From Glaucostegus cemiculus (taxonomy: Eukaryota), in contig CDPCPM010000241.1 in assembly GCA_976551045.1 (NCBI GenBank), positions 5,146,001 to 5,210,000 of the forward strand: 64,000 bases of DNA, read 5' to 3'. Every line of letters begins with the position of its first letter. Within the stretch, counting starts at the first letter, position 1. A program made the translations under genes and the position numbers. This document shows, piece after piece, positions 22,956-37,715 of this stretch. The notes under the pieces were generated by a model. The model saw only the letters and a list, made by a program, of their open reading frames with translations. It made no database searches and had not been told where the DNA came from.

Positions 22956-25900
22956 AGCAGAGGACTCCTTGTCATACTCAGCACTTCCTGGTGAGTCATG
23001 TAGTAAGATTATTTCCGGCCACTCACAAGCCATCACTGTGGTCACCCCCCATCTTGGTAATACCCATTGAGCCAGAAATATTTGATATTTGCAGCTGCTG
23101 TATTATCATGAAATGGTGCTACAAGGGAGAACATCTCTTTCACTTTGCTGTCTGGAAATTAGATGCACTGGGTCCTGGATTTTATGTACAAATTGACCTG
23201 GAAGTGATTTTCCTAGAGTTACATGATGCCAGTGATTACTTTTGACTGAAATTGCATCCAGTGAGAAACTGGACCAAGTACCTCCATTCACCTGAGTGTG
23301 TTTGATGGTCTTATCAGTCAAGCACTTAATGATGGCATTAGTCACACAGAGCAAGTTTCCTCTTTGCTGGCATAGATTGTGAATTGTGAATGTAGCCCAG
23401 AATTTTTGTTGAACACTCCCAATGCAAGTCAGAGTACAGTATGCTACTTTTTCACAGCCTCTCAACTCATTAGAGGCTGCTCAATCAACTTCCAAAATCA
23501 ACCAAATGCACTTAAACTAATAAGGAGTGTTTCTTCAGCATTTAGTTGATGAGATCCTTGTTGCATGGGTGTCTCAGTGGTAACACCAATTGCCGTAATC
23601 CATGAGGTGCACTTATGGCCATGGCTGGCCAATTAGGGTGGGTCGAGGACCTCAGAGACCTCGAGGATCTGGGATGTCCATACTCCTGGACAGTCTTCAC
23701 AGAGACTACATCCTATCTAAAGCTGTCTGATCAAGCAATGTATATTCTCAGGCTCAAGTTTTCCAAAATTGTCGTCACTGAGATACGTGAAGATCTTTGG
23801 CCACAGTTTTGTCCTGCATGAAGGTCAAGGTCACCATGGTTCTCAATGTCCCTGCCGCATGATCTTTCCAAGCTACAGCATCAGATCTCTGTAGTCCCTC
23901 CCAGTTCGCTGCATGCTGCCAAAGGGAATGTGCCTTTAAGAGATGGCATACTCTTGACATTGCCAGTCAGCAACAGCTCCAGGTAGAATAAATTAGTGAG
24001 GCCGCGTGGTCCCGTCTGGTGCTGTCGTGGTACATAATTCTCGATGGCAGCCGTTCTACCGCTGTTGCTAATGTATTGTTGATCAATGTCACTATTCTTT
24101 CGGGGGTTGGGGGTAGCGATCCTGTTGTGTGTTAGGGCGATCTGCAGAACATGCTTATCGCACCAAAACTGAGTGAAACCCAATTTCTAGGGCACGGATT
24201 ATCAATAACCTGACACTATGCAACTGTGATCCTCTAAAATCACTCTTTCTAATCTGAGACCCTCCCCGCTGCCACATATTAGACTGGGAATTTTCAAAGC
24301 ATGAATTGGTGGTGGCCCTTTTGGCTGTTCTCAATACTCTGGCGAAAGGCAAAAGTTCACAGTACCTTGGCTTTATGCAAAAAAAACAGTAAATATAAAT
24401 TAAATGAGCAGATTTTTTTTTAAAAAACGCTAATGACACTTGCGAAAGTTGCAAAAAAAAGAAACTCCACCGCCCTTCTGTTTTGCATAGGGGGCGGGGG
24501 AAGGAATAACCTGCGAAGTGCTAATTCTGCTCACCGATGCTGGGCGTGGTGGTGTTGTCAGCGCCAGTTTGTGCCGGGACCTTGCTCTGTCCGCCGCTGC
24601 GGCAGCGGCCCCGGGGACACGATGATTCGCACGCCCTGCTCTCGCCCACATGCACAGCCCCGTGTCGGGCCACAGTGACCGGGGAGGGGGCGTATGCCAA
24701 GCCCAAGTGTTACTAAGGTAAACTTAATATGTTTTTACATATAAAAAAATCAAATGCAATGCAAGAAGTTTTTGGAGATACCAAGCACAATCAAGCAATC
24801 GGTATGAGGTGTTCTTTCTGCCTTAAGCTAACGCATGGTTTTGGCTGGGAATGTGGCAGTGTCTGGTGCAGACTAACGCAGAGCAGTCAGACTGAACGGT
24901 GACATCCGTCGCGCTGTTGGGGCTATCGGAGCTCTCGGGCTGTGCAAACTTAACAAAAAAGTAACTTGAATTGGTCATTCCAATTGCTTGCTAATTTTCC
25001 CAAAGTATCTGGTGGAAACCTTCATTTAGGTTTATTTTAACAGAAGTTTTGTTTGTGTAACTTAGCGGGATATTGGGCGTAAGGTGAAAATGAACTTTAT
25101 ATCCAGGTCTGTCATGTCCCGACTTGAGGCGCCAAAGAGCACCATGATGCTTCACATGCTTAAATCAGTCTGATCGCATCGGAATCACAGTTTGATATTT
25201 TAGCAAAGGGTCTACCCACATTTTGTGGCTGTCTCATGCGCGGAGAAGAAACATAATGAAAGGTGAGCCAAGAAAATAAAGATAACTGAAAAGCTGCTAA
25301 ATATATCGCACTCGTTCTTAAATCCTACACTTCTCTGAAAAGAAAATGTGCTGAGCAATCAGATATTCCAAAAGAATTACAACTTTGATGTGCTTAAGTA
25401 TTGGCATTCTGTTCAAGTTTAGTCGCAGTTAAGATAATTAAATTGGTTAGGATTTAATTTTCTTCATAAAACTCATACGTTTCTGTTAATCATATAATGG
25501 ACTAAATTACAGATGTGTAGGGCTGTTTGGATTTACAAGGCATTTGTTTGCGACTGAGGTTGCTTGGAAGTTTGAAGAGTAATAAAGCATACGTGACTTC
25601 AGTCAATAACAGACATTGATTGCATTATTCTACTGACTGGAGGTTTGGATTACTTAGCACAGCAGAAGCTATTCAGTTCTACACAATTGCAACTTTAATT
25701 CCTAATTTTCATTTCCAAGCTGTTTGACTCCAAACTGTGGAGTCAAACTCCAAACATTTCCAAACTGTGGCATCAGGTTCAAGCCATATCATCATTGAGA
25801 AAGTCAATTCTTTGTTAAGCATAGATTTGCAATATTGCAATAGCCGTTTGTCAAGAAAATAGTAGTCCATTCATGACAAGGGAAAAATAAGTAAACAATT

Positions 25901-27439
25901 CCGATTAAAGGTCATATAAAATTGAAGGTTCTCTGCTGGCAAGTTAATTTAGTAAAGTTGGAAAAATAGTAAATCCTGTATTTCATAGCATATATGCATC
26001 TAAGTTATGTGCATAACCTTTATGTTATGTTAGTTAGTGTGTTCAAACTAAGTGCTGATTTTATTTACATTGATGATATATGTTATTTGCAGCACAGTTA
26101 AATATTAAAGGTTTAAAAATTAAAAGGTTTTCAATAAAGCATCCTTATGACAAAAATAATAGAAATCCATGAATACAAATACCTATAACTAAAACTGGAT
26201 AGTACTTTGCAAAAAAAAATACACAAAATAAAACACAGAAAATATTACCTAAGCATGTTTTACATGATCAAAAAGAATATTGAATTTATACTTCTCCATG
26301 AGATAAATCCATCTATTGGCACACAATCAACCTTTCAACTTGACTTTCAACCTAATTTGAATGGCAAACCCAATTCACATGACTCTATTAAAATGCCTAA
26401 CATAGTTCTAAAAGGCTTATGGATATCACTTTATATGATTTTTTCCAATAACCATCAGAATGACTTTGTATCACAAAATTAAGATTATTTCACTATTTAA
26501 ACCATATGCAATATGGATGATTTCATGTACTTTGTGTGTACATTTACAGTTTGTGGCATTTATGAGCAAGTATGTGAATATGCCCTCCTTGTAAAACATT
26601 CATTTTAAAGAATTATTGACTGATGTTAATCATGAAGTGAATTCACATAACACCATGTCAAATTATGAGATTAAGAATGATAGAATGATTCACAGTTGTT
26701 TGTGATGAGTTAAATATCTGTTTTTAGTTTTGACACAACTAAACTTCATAATTAATATATATATAAGTTATTTTTATTTTATCAGTAATTGTGCCTTTAT
26801 TCTTTTGATCCAGTGGTTGTGTTTTCCTCCAAATCAACTGGAGCTTGGTCACCAAGGCAGCAGTTGCCTATGGTCAACACACATGATTTTTTTCTGCTTA
26901 ACTTGACTAATTGAGAAAGTATTTAGCAGGTCAGCAGGATTATTGTTTTGCTTAACGTTATTTCTATTATTTATCTACTTCATAATGATAGATTGCAACT
27001 GGTAGAATTGCGATGTTTCTCATTGTTCTCTGAATAAATTCAATCCAAAAATGTGGTATCACACAAGCATGTATATATTGGTTAAAAAGTTATACTTTTC
27101 ATTGGATTTAATGCTGCTTTCATGGTTATGTATTATTTTATAATGAATGTTAACATGGATTTACATGTAATTTTTGTTATAGTTATGTATAACAAAAATG
27201 ATCACACCAATTATGATGTTGGATTTATACTAGCATTACCTTTAAGCACTAGCATTTGTGGTGAATGAGTGGATACGTTTTTTTTCCCTCAATACTGCAA
27301 ACAAGAAAAATAGATAAGTTGTTTCTCTATTATTAGTCCGCCTATTCCTCCAGCTATGTATTTTCTGCTATCAATCCCTTTGTCAAATTGTGTCTCCCTT
27401 CCCTCCAAACTCTTTTTCTACAATAACAGCAGGAAGTAC

Positions 27440-27530
27440 TGGAAATCATAAAGCTGGGTATACTCAGCAGGTTAGGCAGCATTTGTGGAAAGAGTATCAT
27501 TTCTGGTCCATGGCCTCTCTCTACTCTTAA
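27440..27530 (-). mobile_element. Penelope-like terminal repeat remnant
   Basis: GCTGG..TACTCAGCAGGTTAGGCAGCATTTGTGGA block shared with the other copies. Confidence 0.55.
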
Positions 27531-30500
27531 GGACTCATATACCACAGACAAGACAAACAGACAGGCAAACAACACATCACATCCAGCACTAACATTATGA
27601 AAGGACAATTTACTTGGTCATTTTCTCTGTTGTTCACCTCACTCCTTACAACATGCATTTGCAAATACTCATTTCCCTTTCAATCGCTATCACGTTTCTA
27701 TTTCTACCATTGCTTCTGGTAGCAGTTGGTGTAACAAACCACTGACTAAAAGATCTTCTAATCTCTCACATTTTTGGAAGAATTTTAATTTGTGCTTTAT
27801 GGCAAGCAACTCAATGAGTAATGATTTTTTTTCTTTTTTCTCAATTACAAATGAATGAAAGTCCTTAATCTTCATTGATTTTATTAAGTCACAATACATA
27901 ACATAAAAACCTTTTTATCATGTTCTTAAACTTCCTGGAATTTCTTAAATGGCCTCCCCGATTTTCTTTGCTTCTTCATTTTGATTTCAATCAATACCAC
28001 AGATACTTGGCTTCTCTCTGAAAGATAACAGTAAAGAATAGGCATGGCATTTACATAATGGGGTATACTACTCAAATGCAGACTGAGGCCCCAGTATCCT
28101 ACTTCCAGCACTGACAGAATTCCACCACCATGTAGCAATGTACTAGCTATATGACAGCCATAGAACAAAGCACCATAAATTCACATCCTCATTATTTAAA
28201 CTACATTTAAATTACAGTATATAGTATGCATCCAAAAAAATAAACTAAATCCTGAATAGACTGGCCTAGTCCATCATCTAAGTTATAATGATTTGTGCCA
28301 CTTGGTAATTTCTTTCCTTCCAATTTTATATCCTATAGATTGAGCCAATATCAGCAAAAATGGATTTCAATAGAGTTAAGCAAATAAAAAGTTGTACTTT
28401 AAATATTGGACCAATTGCACTTTGGATTGACTGGATAGTTCTGCAAGGAACAAGTATAGACTTGATGGGCCAAGACATCTTCTACTGCATAATAAATGAT
28501 TCTATGATTCTGTGAATTTATTTATTCAAGTACAACAAAGACTGAAGATTCAGATTTTCTCAACATACTGAGGAAAACTGATTATTCCTGTTGAAAAGTA
28601 ATAACCTCATTGTTGTGCTGCGATATTAATTTAGATTCAAGATCATACAGCCAAAAATATCATTCAAATTATTAATTTCTAATCATTGTTTTTAAAATAC
28701 ACTGAAGAATCAGGGTTTAATCATTTCAGAATTCTTACTTAATAGAATATACTAGATAGCTGAGTGTGATTAGTAAACATCATGCACAATATGCCAATAA
28801 CTGAATCTAAAGATGAGAATCCTGCCCTGAAACTACATCTGTTATTTTACTTAATATTTACACTGATATTAGTGTTATCTTACTTTCCTAACTACTTGTG
28901 CCTTTTTTGTTGGTGATGATATTATGATTAATATCTTTGTGTGACTAGATTTTTTTTGTTGATTTGTTAGGACCTTTGCAAATAATTTTTATGTAATCAC
29001 CACAGCTTCAATTCGCTCGCTGATTACTATAATATAATGTTTCCATTATATTGCAATGGACACATCTACACATACTGTATTTTCACAGAGAGGTTAAAAA
29101 ACAAAACTGATTGTTTGCACTTTGAGCTGATCCTTCAGTCATTTAGTCTCCTCTCCCCTCCATTTCCCCCAACAGTAAACATACTGTTGCTTAAGGCTAC
29201 TCAACCTCTCAATGTAATGTCTTTAATTTTTAAACCAAGGTGGCCTTTTAATTATAGACCTTTTGCTAATTATTTTCTTGGTATATTTAATACGATTTAC
29301 ATAAGGCTGGCTAGGATGGAACAATATTATATTTCATAAATTTAGAACCTTTAGTGTCAATTTTAATTATTTTCCCTCAGAAAACACTTCTATTTGTTTT
29401 ACTTTGCTGAATGTCCTGTTTCTTTTTTTCACTTTTAATTATAATTGAAAAAATATGTGCAGGAATTAATCAAATTCAGTTAAGCATAAGATGATAATAA
29501 CCTTCAACTCATAAAGCTTGATGTGATCACCAATGTATGCATAAATTCGTATTCCACCAATGTAGGGTCAGCTGTTTTATATTAGGAAGTATGGAATCAA
29601 TTGAATATAACAACCAAACCAATAATATTAATAGCATTAATAATAGGTGAATCTGCTAGCCATTTTGCATTATGGGATGTGTCATTTTAAATTGTATGTG
29701 AAGAGTTTATTTATTGCAAATGTATTAAGTCTATTATCTTTGAGAATATAAATGTTTCACCACTTTTTTGAACTATATTTTAAATAATGCCAAAATCTTT
29801 AGGATTAAAGGAAAAAAAACATTCATAAAAGATAAGCTCAAATAATATACCCTCTTGATATAGCTAGCAATTGAGCAAGAATGATTGTGGGGCATTTGTG
29901 CTGAATCCTAAGATACAAGACAGAAAGGGAATGCATTCAATACACATAATTTATATAATAGTGTATATTTTATCAGTTATCAAAGGAATCCTGCACAATT
30001 GAACAGAAATTGAAGTTTTAAGGAAAAATATCATTTAATAGAAGAGAGAATACTCCAGCATTTGGCAAACTATTTATTCAAGCAAATTTAAGCATAAGGA
30101 GAGGTATTTTAACTCTGAAAAATCCCAATTTATAGAAATCAACCATAGAGTAAGGTGGAGCAAGAAGTGCAATTGTAAGAATACTTCCATGCTTCACATT
30201 AAATTTGTAAAATATATTGCATCCTTACTACCCTGTGACTCTTATGAATTATTCAACAAATCATGCACATATATCAACTGTTAGAATCTTCTCTTTAATT
30301 ACTAAGTAACTTCTTTTGCTATGTACTAAACCATTATACAAAAGAACACATAATCTTTGGGTTTGTGAGTACTAAAGGTTTGTGCTGAATAATCATAAAC
30401 CAACAGGCCATAATAAAAGGTTTCTTGGTGATACTTGACAAAAGAAAATCAACATGAGAAAAGTATACAATAAAAACATAATTGCAACAGTGATGCCATT

Positions 30501-33500
30501 GAGACTTTAAATTAGTAGCACTAGTTCCAAAGTAACTATCTAAATATCAAGTAATTGTACTTTTCCAATGCTTCAAAGATGTGAAAATTAGCGGTCTGAC
30601 TTTCATTCATTCTTAAACCATTCACGTTTTTCGTGTCTATGGAAGCTTGCAATGTTCAGATGGATGAGTCATTTGATTTGCAACTCCTAACATACCGCTT
30701 CTATTCTACATGTCCCATCACCAGCACCACTACACGAACATATGCCATTTAAGTAGCACTGGCCCGTTACAAACTTGTTTTACATTTTGCTTATTTTGTT
30801 ATGCAACTAATCAACCATTCTGCTACAGCGGAAAATGGAATATAGCAAATGTTAAGTATTTCAAAACTGTTAGTAATGAAATAGAAAGTAATCTCTGTAG
30901 ATCTTATCCTTAAAACTTGAGCTCTGCGGACAAGCACCATCAATCCTATAGATCTTTTAAAGGGAGACTCAGATTGGACCTGTATGTGGTATCTTAAATA
31001 AACCACATTTACAAATCATTTTAATCAACAGCTTTCCATGGCGCGTCTTTACCCATTTTAGCAGAAAGTTCCTAATTGTGAGGACATTCTATTGGACTTT
31101 TAGCTCATTCCCCGTATGTCGTAGTTAAAAGGGGACTGCACAAAGATCATTAAAGTGGAGTTCCACGGATCGGAGGTCGGAGCGACATGGTTCGGCCAGA
31201 TCTGTTATATCATCAGAAAAGCTTGATTTACCCGAGTCAGAGTGGTATATGTGTATTCCCAGGAGAGCTTACGTTATTTGAAGAATGATAGGATTTACTT
31301 CTTTTTGTAGAAGTATCAAAACAAGGGGATTTGAATATTCTTAATAACAAATTAAGACTTGAGTGACATGCAACGCTAGGGAGAATATTTCGGCAAAGAA
31401 CTGTATTTTTCAAGGTATCTTTCACTCCAGAATTGATAATAACAGAAAAGTTAGACAGGCAAATTCCACGTGCAGAATTCGTACTCTCCACGGCAGATTA
31501 CATCTTTATACTTCACGTCTAATCCTGCCTAATACACGGTCATATTAGCAGTAAGATACATGATGGACAAATTAAAAGGATGAATATTCTGTTTACTTTG
31601 AGAATAATTGACAGAATATTGAACATTGCAAGGGAGATACCACGAACAGTTATAAAGCAACCGAAGGTTCTACTGTCCGCAATAACTGGGAACATTCGCA
31701 ATTACATCAATCACATTCGTTAAAGTTTTAAAAATTAAATATGCTCAAACTGTAGGTTACTAATTGTACTACTTTAATTAGTAATGATTTTTGAAGGCTT
31801 AAAATATATAAATATGTTTTGCTTAAATTATGAAACATCGTGAAATGAAAATATTACACTGTATAATAGGTTTGTAATTTTCCAATATCAATGGGAAGGA
31901 GCTTCTATCACTTTAGTTTTCTTCGACATCTTGGAGCAATCAAGCAAATTAAGGCCGGTCGACCTACCAGCTTCTCGGGTTAGTAGTAGGAGGTTGTCAA
32001 AATACGGGGCAGCCATTAGTAGAAACGTGATATCCATTCATCAGCAAGTCTAATCACTGGTCAGGCTGAGGCGAACCCTCAAGCCTTCCATTCTCAGATA
32101 TGCAGCCCCGGCAAGAAGGAGTTTACAAATATTGTCAAATTGATTCTAGTACCGTCATTGAGTCTGTCATTCGCTGCTTGCCCCACGGAAGCCTTCCGTT
32201 CTCTCCGATTGTAGTTTGTTAGCTACAATTTTGTTACTTAGTTCGCTCTCCGCTAAAAGAGCAGGATTAACTTTCAATCATAATTAAACAGTCATAGAAT
32301 GCCGATGAGATTTCCCATGTTTCTTTTTTTACAACTATAATTTTCTATATTTTTGATAAACAGTGCGTTGTACTATAATTACCATTTTAAATATTTTGAG
32401 ATTTTTTTGAAGGTCCAGGAATCCACTTCCCAGCTGCTAATAATAGACATCTGCTGTTTCTATTAAGTCTACTGTTTTATTGTCAATAGTTTTTGGTTCT
32501 TCAGCATTTCTCACTGTGCTAGTAATATGTCACTATTGGTGAAACAAGCAATCCGGCGTATGGAGTGAATTAGGGTGAATATGCCTCAGTGTTGTTGTTT
32601 TAAGATCTAAACTCGTGATAAGGAAACCTAATTGGTATAAGTGACAGAGCTAATGCGGAAATAGCCGTATTGTTATTCTCTCGCTCTTTCCTTTTCCCCC
32701 TCTCTTCCGGATTAAAAAGAATATGTTGACTTCCACTTGTGATAGATCTCGCGACAAATAAAACATTAGCACGTCGCTAACCTTAAAAGTAACCATCTAA
32801 ACCCTTGAAACAATGCATTACATTATTTGTGTATGTGTAAACGTTATGTTTGAAAAGTATTCTGCATTTGAACTTGTGTAAAGGTGCAAGTTTTGATTCT
32901 CCCCTCAGGTTCCCAGTAATATTAATAACGGAATTAATCTCCGATATTGTCCATGCAAATTCACAGCAGACCAGATACGCCTCCGTGCAACAAAATCGCA
33001 CACAAGTTGTAGCTTGTAGTAGTTAGGGAAGGATGAATGAATATTTGAATTATAACAAAAATGCAAACTTTTGGAGATTGATAATATTATCCAGAATCGC
33101 AACAATTTAAGAGACTTGACCATTTCGCGCTTTTTTGGGGGAAAATATAGTGAAATCCTTCCGCAAAGCCTTTAAAAAAACAACTCAGTTAAACACAAAC
33201 CAAAAGCAAATAATTTGGAATAAGACGAAAGGAGTTTCCTAATTTAGTGAAGATGAATGAACAGGATGTGCCGGATCAGTTGAAAGTGAGGAAACCGTGG
33301 TGGAAACATAAATGAGGCCCATTTTACACTACTCTGAAGTTAAATAAATATGGACAATTAAGCTGTAACCACAGCGTAGAATTTATTGTTGTGCTCGCTA
33401 AATATAATATAAATGTTATTTTTTCTGTAATGGTTTACCCTTCTAAACGCTGAAAATGAAATGCTGGTCCGATAACTTCTTTATTGAAACGCTTTATTTC

Positions 33501-34994
33501 CTATATTACCAAAGATCCCAAGCTGGGGGGTGTAATGAAAACTGGCCACTCGCTAGTAGCTGTTAAAGGCTTTGTTTCTTAATAAACTGGTCTGTGAGAC
33601 TTGCCCTGTTTACTAAAGGGCGGGAAAACAGAAAGTTTCCCATCTAGTCTTCGATAAAGAGAATATTATGAGCGTAATGTCGCAACAAATGACCGCCGCA
33701 TTGGAAATGTGCGGGAGCTGGAATGCGAGGTGTAGTTGCGGCTTTGAAAGTAAACCTTGTCGGAATAAGGATCCACACTTTGTTTTGTTAATTTGATAGG
33801 TACATTCTAGCTTTGTTTATGATTCAAAGTGCTGCTGACGAACACGTTGGAAGAGCTCATTACTTCTATGGAGACGCACTTGGTCGATCCAATTTTCTGG
33901 TCTTTACTGAAGTTGTGACTGGTTACCGCAGATTTGCAACATCGCTCCCGGCAAAAAAAAAGCAGCTGTTTGCTTATTCCGGCCATTGCCCCCACCCCAC
34001 CCCCCTCAAAAAACACACACGCGCAGACACCATCACCTCATCGCCATTCTTTCCTCCCCTCTTATTAAATGTCATGAAACGAAACCTCACTTAAGGATAA
34101 ATCAGGAGTAGGTTATAGTAATCTGCTCTGGCCTTTAATCTCCTTTCCCACATACCCAAAATAAAACCCACGCAACACCTTGCGAATTTCTCAAAGTAAG
34201 TTTGCTGGGGGGAAGAAAAACTATCGCGTTTCTATTTTGTTGAAATCTTAATACTGCGAAAAAGTAGTTCGGCCCTTAACGACTCATGTAGGTTCTTGTA
34301 AACAAAATAGTATTTCCATTCTGTAAGATGTTGGTTACACTTTAAATATATTCGCGTCCTTCCAATACTGCACCAACTAGCGATTATCATGCATGTTATT
34401 CTGGTGAAAATTTACATGTACAAATATCTATTAGGTTTATTTAAATGTTGCCTTATGATACTTTATGTTCCTCGATGAAATAATGAGTCGAGGTCTATCT
34501 TATCAGTGCAATAGTTCTGTCCAACCTCAATTGAATGAAAAATAGATTCCCTCGACGCCCTCCCTGTCAGAGAAGCATTATGGGAGATGTATTTCAACTA
34601 CAAGGGTCAAAGTATTGCGGAATATCAAAGATGTAACTACAGATACCAGAGCCCACCACGATCACGTCCCCGCGTTATTTCCAGATCACTGGCGCCACCC
34701 TTGTGTTCTTCTGCATCGTTGCCACGAAAAAACCGCTTTCCTGTGCGTCTTACTGCGATGTCAATCATCCAGGGGGCTCCATGAGGTCCTTGTCAAAGCA
34801 GCTGAAACAAACAAATAGGCAGCAAAAGAACAGGAAGAAAGATAAGTTTGTAATAAGACTAATAAAGCGGATCTTGTTCTCCATGTAGTCGATTCGATTG
34901 TCAGGCCGGAATCGTATAACGCAGTGCAGTGTTACAAGGTAGGTTTGAGTAGAGCTGGAGCTGCAATCTGTTAGCTCAGCGAGGGAGACACCTC

Positions 34995-35135
34995 AAAGGG
35001 GATCGGGTTACTTTGAGTGACAGCGTCTCCATGGCAAATAATTTGACTAACTATTGTCTTATCCTCACTATCCGTAGGTCAGATAACCAACCAATCAAAT
35101 CCTACATAATGACTATTCATGCCAACTTAGAATAA
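34995..35135 (+). promoter_or_regulatory. SIX2 proximal promoter module
   Basis: TCGGGTTA 35003-35010 (SIX-type), TGAGTGACAG 35014-35023 (PBX-PREP/MEIS decamer), GTCTCCATGGCAAA 35025-35038 (RFX X-box-like), CAGATAA 35080-35086, CCAAT box 35091-35095, TAAT cores; 210-350 bp upstream of the ATG. Confidence 0.75.
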
Positions 35136-35252
35136 TATTATTAAAAACGAAGGGAGAGCCCTCTGGACGTCTTCAAATGCAGTATGTTGGGACTTCTGTG
35201 AAAGAAAGATTTTTATACGTCTACAACTAAAAAGTACTAGCAGAGACTATAA

Positions 35253-36727
<1,475 letters not shown>

Positions 36728-37058
36728 AGAAAACAGCGAGAACTCGAATTCCAACGTCACAGCCGGCGGCCACAACCAAATGAATCCTTCAATGAATGGG
36801 AACAAAAACATGCTAGCGAGCTCGGACGAGGAAAAGACTCCATCCCAAACGCCAGATCACACTTCGAGCAGCCCCGCACTGCTGTTGGGATCTCTGGGCC
36901 AAAGCTCCAACTCCAGCATGCAGCCACTGCACTCTTTGGCCGCGCCCCCGGGTCCTAGTGCCGTTGCGGTACCCAACTCAGATGTTATACACCATCATGC
37001 TTTACAGGACTCTATGCTCAATCCCATGTCATCCAATTTAGTTGACCTTGGCTCGTAA
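36728..37058 (+). CDS. SIX2: SIX homeobox 2, coding exon 2 (C-terminal region)
   Basis: Long polypyrimidine tract then CAG at 36725-36727; phase fits exon 1 (AG+A = Arg). Reads ENSENSNSN...[23 protein letters not shown]...[21 protein letters not shown], the SIX2-type C-terminus. Joined CDS 891 nt = 296 aa. Confidence 0.96.
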
Positions 37059-37709
37059 AAAAAATCGCAATTTCCTTTTATCTTCGAACAAGTAAAGACA
37101 CTCTCAAGATTATCCTTTATATATTTTACTTGACATTTAAGCGATGTGCATAAAAAAACTAGCGGATATTTTGTCAACCATGGGAAAGAATGATGGATAT
37201 AGCAATTCGAGTTTTAAGGTACTGTATTAGATCACATAAGAGATTGGTGCAGCAAAGTCTTAAGGTTTTTATATAACAGAGGATGATTTGTTTAGACAGA
37301 CACTTTTTTTTAATTTTACTGGTCACTAATTCACGATCTCGAACTCTTGCTCCCACTTAAAATTACACTACATATCTATATATCCAGATTAACAAGAGTG
37401 AATAGGTTTGTAATCGCGTGCAAAGCGAACATTTTAAATTTTGATAAAAATTAAAAAAAAACACGCTGTAGGAAGATCATTTACCTGTAGGTGAAACCTG
37501 TACAGAAAGCTGGCTTTCCTGTAGTAGAATGCGTGGAACGTGTAATCGCAGCTATATTGGACTGAAACAAATCAGTAAAAATAAGCAAGCATTATGAAAT
37601 ATATCGGTCTACAAGAAGGAATACTCGCGCTGGATAAGAATTGTTTTATTACTGTTTATATTACGTGACTACAATCTTTGGGGGGGGGGAGAAATCCTGC
37701 TTATTTTAT

Positions 37710-37715
37710 AATAAA
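37710..37715 (+). promoter_or_regulatory. Candidate SIX2 polyadenylation signal AATAAA
   Basis: First AATAAA I found after the stop codon (~650 nt 3'UTR), with T-rich sequence downstream. Others occur near 38945 and 39135. Confidence 0.55.

Noticed and set aside
24430-24706. Short ORFs in the GC-rich island
   Set aside because: Low-information Ala/Arg/Gly peptides on both strands, no homology or exon structure.
25722-25748. 11-bp stem hairpin GTTTGACTCCA/TGGAGTCAAAC
   Set aside because: Too short for a pre-miRNA; within locally duplicated TCCAAAC sequence.
32443-32460. CTCF-like ACAGCAGATGTC (minus), also weak matches at ~34765 and ~47046
   Set aside because: Several mismatches; not distinguishable from background without a PWM or ChIP.
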